Assembly (NCBI GenBank): GCA_903893785.1 | Contig: CAITNQ010000314.1 | Coordinates: 947-64,946, forward strand | Origin: an uncultured Gemmatimonadota bacterium | GTDB taxonomy: Bacteria; Latescibacterota; UBA2968; UBA8231 | Length of the DNA stretch: 64,000 nucleotides | Direction: 5' to 3' | Shown here: positions 1 through 9,777 of the stretch, piece by piece | Numbering within the stretch: the first letter of the stretch is position 1 | How the letters are laid out: each line of letters starts with the position of its first letter | Translations under genes and position numbers: made by a program | The notes under the pieces: generated by a model | Seen by the model: only the letters and a program-made list of their open reading frames with translations | Told to the model about the DNA's origin: nothing | Database searches by the model: none

Positions 1-1
1 G

Positions 2-811
2 GTGCACCACTACGAGATGCCGCGTGAGGAAGCGCGGGACCTGGCCGAGGTGGTGGCCGCGGCAACCCCCAGAACCCTGGAGCGCTTTCCCGGGGCGCCA
101 GCCAAGCGCCTCGCCGACCTGCCTTTCGCCGCCGCCGTGCTGCGGCGCCTGGTGCGTGCGACCGGGTGTCGCCGAGTGCTGTTCAGCGCCAACGGGGTCC
201 GTGAGGGGTGGTACGCGCAGGGACTTGGCGCGGACGTCCGGCAGCAGGACCCCATGCAGGCAGCCGCCGGCGACCTGGCGATGCGCTTCGGCCGGAGTGC
301 CGGTCTGCCCGCCGCCCTGGTGGCCTGGACCGAGCCGTTGTTCGCGCCCGAGAGCCCGGCTGAGGCCGCGCTGCGCACCGCCGCGTGCTGGGTCAGCGAC
401 GTAGGCAGTCACGATCACCCTGACTACCGTGCCGAACACGCCTTCCACCGCGTGTTGCGCCAGCCCGGAGCCGGCCTGGCCCATCCGGATCGGGCTTTTC
501 TGGCTGTGGCTACTGCCCAGCGCTACGAGGCTGCGGCGGATGCCGCGTACCTGAACACAGCGCACCGCCTGTTGGACGCTGCCGCGCGCCGACGGGCTGA
601 GGTGCTGGGGGCTGCGCTGCGCCTGGCGTACACGCTGTCGGCCGGCACGCCGCAACTACTGGCCGCCGCGACCCTGAACCGCCGCGGTCGGCGCCTGGTC
701 CTGCGCCTTAACCCGGGGGCCGGGGTGTTCGGCGGTGAGAGCATTCAGCGCCGGACCGAGGCGCTGGCAGCCATGTTGGGACTGGAAGCAACGGTGGAGA
801 CCGCTACCTGA
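2..811 (+). CDS. Ppx/GppA-family phosphatase, C-terminal part (5' end lies outside the window)
   Basis: The ORF is open from the window edge. '...RVLFSANGVREGWY...' looks like the end of the actin-like ATPase fold, followed by an HD-like helical region ('SHDHPDYRAEHAFHRVL') as in exopolyphosphatase/GppA proteins. Confidence 0.65.
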   Translation: MHHYEMPREEARDLAEVVAAATPRTLERFPGAPAKRLADLPFAAAVLRRLVRATGCRRVLFSANGVREGWYAQGLGADVRQQDPMQAAAGDLAMRFGRSAGLPAALVAWTEPLFAPESPAEAALRTAACWVSDVGSHDHPDYRAEHAFHRVLRQPGAGLAHPDRAFLAVATAQRYEAAADAAYLNTAHRLLDAAARRRAEVLGAALRLAYTLSAGTPQLLAAATLNRRGRRLVLRLNPGAGVFGGESIQRRTEALAAMLGLEATVETAT

Positions 812-914
812 CCCGGAGTTACCCCGGGCTGCCGACCGTCGCTCAGGCTTGACTGCCGCCCTCCCAGGATCGGGCGTCGCGGGAACTGCCGGCACCCGCG
901 GTGGGATCCCGATG

Positions 915-1280
915 TCAGGCTCCGGCAGCGCCGGCCCCGGCTTCGGCTGCCGCGATGGCCTGCCCCAGGTCGCCGTGGATGGGGAAGAGGCGGCTCGCAC
1001 GCGTGATGTCGAGAACCAGCTTGACGCTGTCACGCGGCCGGGCCAGTCTCACGCTACCGCCGCGCGATGCCGTCCGTCGGGCCAGGCCGATGAGGGCGCC
1101 CAATCCGGAACTGTCCATGAAGCCCACCTGGTCCAGGTCCACCACCACGTGCGCGACCTGGTCGCTGGCCTCCCACCAGGCAGCCATCTGGGCGTGGAAA
1201 GACTCGACGGCGGCCGCATCGAGCGGGCCGGACGGAGTGATGATACCCAGCGCGTTCCTGACCTCGAGTATGACGGCCAT
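915..1280 (-). CDS. STAS-domain protein (anti-sigma-factor antagonist, SpoIIAA-like)
   Basis: 'VVVDLDQVGFMDSSGLGALIGL' is the typical STAS/SpoIIAA phosphorylatable-Ser motif region. I chose the internal ATG at 1280 (MAVILEV...) rather than the ORF-track start at 1364, which would overlap glgP. Confidence 0.7.
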   Translation of the reverse strand: MAVILEVRNALGIITPSGPLDAAAVESFHAQMAAWWEASDQVAHVVVDLDQVGFMDSSGLGALIGLARRTASRGGSVRLARPRDSVKLVLDITRASRLFPIHGDLGQAIAAAEAGAGAAGA

Positions 1281-1324
1281 GGGTGCTTGCCTTTGCGAGC
1301 GAGTGTCGGGGGTCCCCAGCGCGA

Positions 1325-3862
<2,538 letters not shown>

Positions 3863-3891
3863 TCAGTTCGCGGGTTATGGGGAAGAGCGAA

Positions 3892-5058
3892 CTAAGCAGC
3901 GGCTTCCACCGCCGCGCGGGGCGCCAGTTTCAGGGCACACAGCACGCCGGCCGAGATGGTCACGAGGATGCCGCTGACGACATAGGGGGCGCTGACCGAG
4001 ATGCCGGCCAGGTAACCGGCCAGAACCGGGCCCACGGCACCGCCGAGCGCCGAGAACGCCAGGGTCTTGCTTAAGTCAAGCCCGCGCGATCCCTCGCGAC
4101 ATTCCTCCTGGATGATCGCGCTCTGGATGGGGATCCACACCCCGGCGCCCAACAGGTCGTGAAGCAACCAGACCGCCGCAGCCCAGAAGAAATTCGGGAT
4201 CAGCCCACCGGCGGCGATGGTCACGCCCTCGATGATGAATGCACCGATATATACGGATTTATAGTGCCTGGCGCTCAGATACCCGGCGAAGAGCAGCGGC
4301 AGCACCGAGGTGAGTCGGTGGAGCACCATGACGGTCGAGACCTGCGCCGCGTCGACACCGAACTTTTCGGTGAAGAACAGGGGCATGATGAACGAATGGC
4401 TCGTGCTGAGCCCGATGGAAAATATGAAGTTGGCGACCATGATGACCTGCAGGTTGCGCGGCAGGTCGAAACTCAACAGCGTGCCTAGTTTCGCACCGGG
4501 CGCCGGTTCACGGCGCGGCGTGGTGCGGACCCCCAGGCCCAGCAGCAGCAGGGCCAAGACCAGAGCCGCCGCCGCGGCCCAGAACATCCCCCGCAACCCG
4601 AGCATGACCCACCCCAGGCCGGCCAGCAGCGTGCCCAATGCCTGGAAGAAGAACTCGACGCCCCGGGTCTTGCCGATGAAGTCGGCGAACCGGCTGCGCC
4701 CTTCGGCAAACAGCAGAATGGGGTGGGCGGTGTCGCGCGCCAGAACCCCGACCTCGCGCAAGGTCTTGAAGATGATCAGCAACGCCAGGCCCGATGTCAG
4801 CGGGGTCCCGAAACAGGCCAGGGCCACGCTGGCCACGGCCACCGCGTACAGGCGCTTGCTGCCCCAGCGATCCGCCAGCCCGCCCAGGCCAATGCGCACC
4901 ACGAACATGGCCAATGTGGAAGCCGCGAACACATAACCCATGTTGGTGAAAGACAGACCCTGGTCCTTCAGGTAGTACGGCAGCACAATCTCGTAGATGC
5001 CACCGGCGACGCCGAACAGCACCGAGACCACGAGCAGAACTCTGACATTGCGCCCCAT
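3892..5058 (-). CDS. MFS transporter
   Basis: 388 aa and hydrophobic throughout, with about 12 predicted TM segments and the MFS loop motif 'GGLADRWGSKR'. AAGGAG RBS 5 nt upstream of the ATG at 5058. Confidence 0.8.
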   Translation of the reverse strand: MGRNVRVLLVVSVLFGVAGGIYEIVLPYYLKDQGLSFTNMGYVFAASTLAMFVVRIGLGGLADRWGSKRLYAVAVASVALACFGTPLTSGLALLIIFKTLREVGVLARDTAHPILLFAEGRSRFADFIGKTRGVEFFFQALGTLLAGLGWVMLGLRGMFWAAAAALVLALLLLGLGVRTTPRREPAPGAKLGTLLSFDLPRNLQVIMVANFIFSIGLSTSHSFIMPLFFTEKFGVDAAQVSTVMVLHRLTSVLPLLFAGYLSARHYKSVYIGAFIIEGVTIAAGGLIPNFFWAAAVWLLHDLLGAGVWIPIQSAIIQEECREGSRGLDLSKTLAFSALGGAVGPVLAGYLAGISVSAPYVVSGILVTISAGVLCALKLAPRAAVEAAA

Positions 5059-5289
5059 GGGACTCCTTGCCTTCCGGGGTGGTGGGGTCAGCGGCTGTGC
5101 GGACTAGCCCGGGCTATGGGAGAACGGGGTCCGCCGCTGGCCCGTCAACCCCCCCGGCAGGCACCGCTTGACGGTGACCGGGCTTTCCCCCTTCTTGCAC
5201 CCTGCGAGGCGCGGGACTCGCCTGGGCGGCACCACGGCCGACGCGCGACCCGCGTCCCATCTGTCTTGACGCGGAGGCAATCAGCCAAC

Positions 5290-6498
5290 ATGGAGAAAGT
5301 CCGGATCGGCATTCTCGGCACGGGCGGCATCGCCGGCGCCCACCTGGGGGGGTACCGGGCCCTGCTGGACGCGGGGTATGACCGCTTTGTGCTCAACGGC
5401 CTGTGCGACAAGAACGCCGCCCGCCGGGCCACGTTCGCGGCCAAGGTCAAAGAGATGTTCGGCGTCACGCCCCAGGAGTTCGACTCGGCCGAAGCCATGG
5501 CCGCCAGCGGCGCGGTGGACGCGGCGGACATCTGTACCCCCCATGCGTTCCATCACACTACTGCCATCGCCTGCCTGGACGGCGGCCTGGATGTCATGGT
5601 GGAGAAGCCGTGCGGCATCACCGTGAAAGCCAGCGACCTGATCATTGCGGCAGCGTCCCGCAACCAGCGTCTGGTCGCCGTTGCCGAACAGGTCCGCCGC
5701 GGGGTCAAAGCCCGCGCCATGAACTGGGCCGTCAACCAGGCGCGCATGATCGGCGACATCCGCTTCTGGTCCGTCGTCGGCTTCTCGTCGTGGGACTTCG
5801 CTGCGGAGAATTACCGCGATGCCTATGCCTGGCAGTGGCGCCTGCTGAAGCTCCTCACCGGCGGCGGCATGGTTTTCGACGCCGGCGCGCACTTCGCCGA
5901 CATGATGCTCTACCTGTTCGGGCCGGTCGAGGAAGTGTACGCCCGCACGATGACGTACCAGCAGCCACTAATTCAGTCGCCTGAGCTGGGAGCGCGGCCC
6001 ATGGACGTGGAGGACACCTGGGTCAGCACCTGGAAATTCGCCAACGGGATCGTCGGCCAATACTCGTGGTCCTTCTCGGCCCCGGGCGAAGCCGTGGCCA
6101 CCCAGATCTTTTACGGCACCGGCGGCAGCGCCCGCGACCGGGGCGGTTGGATGCACACCTTCCAGAACGGCGGTGACCTGACGCTGGCCGACGGTACGCG
6201 GCGCAGTTACGAAGAGATCGAGCCGATGTTCCGGGCGCAGCTGGACGCCACTGAGCGCGAGCGGCTCTTCCCCCACGGGGTCGAGAACGACATGGCCCTG
6301 GAGTGCTGGGACTTCATTGACTCGGTGCTCAACCGGCGCCGGCCCGAGATCAGCGCTGAAGACACGCTGCGCGCCAAGGCCGTGTGTCTGGCCATCTACG
6401 AGTCGGCCACCGCCGGTGTGCCGGTCAAGGTGCAGGATGTGATCGACGGCAAGGTCAGCGCGTACCAGGACCCGATCAACCAGCACTGGGGCATCTGA
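5290..6498 (+). CDS. Gfo/Idh/MocA-family oxidoreductase
   Basis: N-terminal Rossmann motif 'VRIGILGTGGIAGAHL' and 'DVMVEKPCG' (the EKP motif). The real start is the ATG at 5290; the 5' part of the 4723 ORF is an Arg/Gly-rich artefact overlapping the MFS gene. Confidence 0.85.
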   Translation: MEKVRIGILGTGGIAGAHLGGYRALLDAGYDRFVLNGLCDKNAARRATFAAKVKEMFGVTPQEFDSAEAMAASGAVDAADICTPHAFHHTTAIACLDGGLDVMVEKPCGITVKASDLIIAAASRNQRLVAVAEQVRRGVKARAMNWAVNQARMIGDIRFWSVVGFSSWDFAAENYRDAYAWQWRLLKLLTGGGMVFDAGAHFADMMLYLFGPVEEVYARTMTYQQPLIQSPELGARPMDVEDTWVSTWKFANGIVGQYSWSFSAPGEAVATQIFYGTGGSARDRGGWMHTFQNGGDLTLADGTRRSYEEIEPMFRAQLDATERERLFPHGVENDMALECWDFIDSVLNRRRPEISAEDTLRAKAVCLAIYESATAGVPVKVQDVIDGKVSAYQDPINQHWGI

Positions 6499-6519
6499 TC
6501 CCCGCCGCCGTGGCGGCGC

Positions 6520-6557
6520 GCTCAGCAGGGGGACGGTCACCGTCACCCCTGCTGAGC
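6520..6557. terminator. bidirectional stem-loop between convergent genes
   Basis: GCTCAGCAGGGG-GACGG-tca-CCGTC-a-CCCCTGCTGAGC: about 17 bp of stem with one bulge. It sits between the stop at 6498 (+) and the stop at 6593 (-). There is no U-tract on either side. Confidence 0.55.
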
Positions 6558-6592
6558 CGCAGCCCGGTAAGCAGCATGGCGCCCGGGCCGAA

Positions 6593-9500
6593 TCAGTAGG
6601 CGACGGCGATCACCTGCAGACGCTCGACGCTGCCCTGGTCGGCGTCAACGCGCACGCGGCACAGGTACGCCCCGGGCGGCACCATCTTCCCCTGTCCGTC
6701 GCGGCCATCCCAAGAGAAGCTAACCTCACCACTGGCTGTCTGCGGCGCCGTCACTGACGCTTGACCCACGCGTTGGCCGCGCAGGTCGTAGATGGATACC
6801 TCCACCGACCGTTCGGCGAGCATACGGAGGAGCAGGAAGCGGCCCACCAGCACGTCGTTGACGCCATCGCCATTGGGGCTGAAGCACCGTGGCAGGGCCA
6901 GTTCCTGCACCGGCCCGGCGCCCGTCATCAGCAATCCCACCGCGGTGCTCCGGCTGTCAACCAGCTCAGTAGCATCCTGGCCACTGCCGTCGACCCGCTG
7001 GTACTGCCGGGTCACACTGGTGGACATGGCGGCGAAACCATCGATCTGGGCATTCTGCCGGTACACCTGTGACTCGAACCGGACCTCCACCAAGGCCTGC
7101 TTCTGCGCCGGCAAGCCCACGTTGAGGGCCGCCGGGAAACGCAGTTGGACCGTGTCGCCAGTGGCTGCCGTTGTCAGCGTCAGGCGCTGCCCAGCCGCGT
7201 CGATCAGGGCGCCGTCCGCCGCCGGAACAAAGCTGCGCTGCCAGCGCGTGCCGCTGACCTGCACACCGTCACTGCTGCCGCTGGCGCCAGCCGGTACGGT
7301 CACCTGCCCCACCCGCACAGCCAGGACCCGCAGCGGCTGCGGCGCGGCCACCACCAGTTCGTCGACCCCGGCGCGCACCTCAGGGTCAAGGGGATCGGGA
7401 CCGGCCAGTCGGACGAAGTACGAGAATTGCTCAGGCCGGGTGGGGTCCACCTCGCGCGGCACGCCGTAGTCACCCGGGTCCACGGCCAGATCGGCCAGCC
7501 CCCTGGCCTGCCCGTTGGTGGTTAACCGCGCCAGTTCGCCGGCCAATTCGAGCGCTACCGGCGGGATCAGCTGCACTGAGAGCGAACGCAGGCACGCCGT
7601 GGCCTGCGGATCATCGGACTGGATGCGGACCCGCAACTGCAGGAAGCGACGCGGGCTGGGTGACAACATCTGGGCGGTGTTAACGGCCTCGCGCCCGCGG
7701 TAGGGGTCGCTCCACTCGGACCAACCGACCAGCGCCAGCTTGCCCTCGCGCCACGGTGACGACTTAGGTTTCTTGCCTGACCCCAACTTCTTGCCGTCCT
7801 CGTCGATCTTGCCGTCGCCATCGTTGTCCACCAGGTCGATTTCGTCTTCGTCGACGCTGCCGTCGCCGTCGTCATCGACGCCGGTCTGGTGCGGTTTGGT
7901 CAGCGATGTCCAACGGTCCCACACGGCCCAGCGGAACACCAACGCGTCGTACACGTCCTTGGTCACCTCGGTGCGGGATTCCTGGCCCGAGATATCCACC
8001 ACCTCGTAATAGGTCCAGTTGGTGTCGGTCTGGTCAGCGGTGCGGCTCTGCAGCTGCAGGTCGACATCGGGATGCAGGGACAAGGGCTCCCGGTGCTCAC
8101 CCGCGACGCCGTCCGCCCCTTTGGCGTCCCGCACCACGGCTTCGCTCTCCCACCGCAGGCTGGGCATGGTCTTGCGGACGAACCGGCCCTGGGCGTCGGT
8201 TAAAGACATGGGCGGCGATTCAAGCGAAGCACTCACCGGGTACCCGGCGCCGTAGACCTGCAGTTCGGCCAGACGGGCGCCATCGGCGCCGCCGTACGAG
8301 GGGTTGTTGCGCAGCTGCAGGAAGCGCACCTGGCGCAGGGGGAACTGCTCGCCGAACATCAGCACGCGCGAAGTGCGATTGTCGATGTGGCCAGGCGCCA
8401 CAATGCTGTTCCAGCGCAGGCCGTACTCAAGCTGCTCGAAATCAGCCACTGTTTCCAGGTGCACCGGCCGCACCTGCGTACCGTCGGACACCATGATCTC
8501 GTGACCAGTGAAGGACTCGTACTCCGACGCCCGCTGGACCACCATGTACACCGAATTGACCCAGAACGTCGCGCCCAGATCGAGCCACAGCGTGCCACGG
8601 CGATTGAGCGGGTTCCAGCCCCAGGCCATCCACTCGGTGGCATACACGCCATCAGTGGCCTTCCATGGAGTGCCGCGCCCGCCCAGTTCGTACGAGCCGC
8701 CGGCACGCGCCTCGGGATTCAGGGCCAGGTTATCGCCCCGAGCCCAAACGCGAACCTCGAGGATTCGTGGCAGCTCGCGGGCGTAGTAGCGCACCGGACC
8801 GCGCTGGGTCGGGTCCACCTCGCCCATGAAGACGTCGCGGGTAACCTCCACCAGGTCGCCGCCGGCGGTGATGCGCTGATACACCACGGTTCCGCGGCGG
8901 GCGGGCGGCAGGGCCTCCCAGGCGGCCTGGCCCGCCGCATCCACGCCCAGCAGGCGCGCCCGGTCCAGGTCGCTGTCGAGCACCTTGACACGCAGGTACT
9001 GCAGCGACGACCCGGTCATGTCGGCCCGTCCATCCAGGTCGAAGTCGGCGCGCAGCAACGGCTCCGGCACCACGGTGAGCTGCCGGTAGGCAGCGCCCTC
9101 AGGACACGGCTGCAACTCGGTGCGGGTGGCGCGCGCTAACTGCACATAGCTGAGCGTGCGCCCGGACGGAAAGGGGTAGCGCTCCCCGAGGGAACCAAAT
9201 ACCACGAAGCTCTTGGGCGCATCGCCGGCCACGTCGGCCGGACCGGGGACGATGACCGCCAGGCTGTCCACCTGTACCAGGCGGCCCAGGTCCAGCTCAA
9301 GGTCCCACTGGCGAACGCCTTCGGGGGTCATGTCCGCCGCCGCCGGTTCCCACCAGGTGTCCAGTCGACCGTCAGCGGCCAGGGGTGCGGCGGCGCTGTT
9401 GGACTGTGCGATCACGCCTCCCGCAACGACGGTACCGCTGCGGATCTGGTCGTCGTAACGGTATTGCCCGGCGTCGAGGGCAGCGTTGACATTGCTGCGG

Positions 9501-9742
9501 AAGAAACGCGGGCGAACGCCCTGCGCGTCGATGTCGAACAGGGCCGAACTCGCCATGGGCACGCTGAGGGCGCTGACGACATCATTCTGGTTGGTCCAGG
9601 CCTGCCAGTGCTCACTGCGGTCGACGCGGATGGCGTCAGCGGTGATACGGTATCCGTCGCTGGCCCGCGACGGCCCGGCCGCGAACAGGCCCAGCAGCGC
9701 CAGGAAACGGGCGGCCGCCAGCCGGCCCACCGAATGGTTCAT
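6593..9742 (-). CDS. giant secreted protein C: discoidin-like segments, two DxDxDG loops, C-terminal FlgD-Ig-like tail
   Basis: 1049 aa. Signal peptide 'MNHSVGRLAAARFLALLGLFAAGPSRASD'. GGAGGG RBS 8 nt upstream. F5/8-type-C-like ends ('VRFLQLRNN...LAELQVYGAGYP'). The last ~95 aa read 'FSPNGDGVNDV...SFSWDGRDGQGKMVPPGAYLCRV'. Confidence 0.8.
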   Translation of the reverse strand: MNHSVGRLAAARFLALLGLFAAGPSRASDGYRITADAIRVDRSEHWQAWTNQNDVVSALSVPMASSALFDIDAQGVRPRFFRSNVNAALDAGQYRYDDQIRSGTVVAGGVIAQSNSAAAPLAADGRLDTWWEPAAADMTPEGVRQWDLELDLGRLVQVDSLAVIVPGPADVAGDAPKSFVVFGSLGERYPFPSGRTLSYVQLARATRTELQPCPEGAAYRQLTVVPEPLLRADFDLDGRADMTGSSLQYLRVKVLDSDLDRARLLGVDAAGQAAWEALPPARRGTVVYQRITAGGDLVEVTRDVFMGEVDPTQRGPVRYYARELPRILEVRVWARGDNLALNPEARAGGSYELGGRGTPWKATDGVYATEWMAWGWNPLNRRGTLWLDLGATFWVNSVYMVVQRASEYESFTGHEIMVSDGTQVRPVHLETVADFEQLEYGLRWNSIVAPGHIDNRTSRVLMFGEQFPLRQVRFLQLRNNPSYGGADGARLAELQVYGAGYPVSASLESPPMSLTDAQGRFVRKTMPSLRWESEAVVRDAKGADGVAGEHREPLSLHPDVDLQLQSRTADQTDTNWTYYEVVDISGQESRTEVTKDVYDALVFRWAVWDRWTSLTKPHQTGVDDDGDGSVDEDEIDLVDNDGDGKIDEDGKKLGSGKKPKSSPWREGKLALVGWSEWSDPYRGREAVNTAQMLSPSPRRFLQLRVRIQSDDPQATACLRSLSVQLIPPVALELAGELARLTTNGQARGLADLAVDPGDYGVPREVDPTRPEQFSYFVRLAGPDPLDPEVRAGVDELVVAAPQPLRVLAVRVGQVTVPAGASGSSDGVQVSGTRWQRSFVPAADGALIDAAGQRLTLTTAATGDTVQLRFPAALNVGLPAQKQALVEVRFESQVYRQNAQIDGFAAMSTSVTRQYQRVDGSGQDATELVDSRSTAVGLLMTGAGPVQELALPRCFSPNGDGVNDVLVGRFLLLRMLAERSVEVSIYDLRGQRVGQASVTAPQTASGEVSFSWDGRDGQGKMVPPGAYLCRVRVDADQGSVERLQVIAVAY
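7793..7876 (-). repeat. two DxDxDG calcium-loop-like repeats inside protein C
   Basis: Encodes 'DDDGDGSVDEDEIDLVDNDGDGKIDEDG'. Confidence 0.6.
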
Positions 9743-9777
9743 GGTCTAACCCTCCCCCGCTGGGTGCCGTGGAGGCG

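Noticed and set aside
5168-5196. TTGACG hexamers at 5168 and 5266 as promoters for the 5290 oxidoreductase gene
   Set aside because: No acceptable -10 hexamer lies 16-18 nt downstream of either one (CTTCTT for the first, and the start codon itself for the second). The divergent promoter region 5059-5289 is therefore left unannotated.
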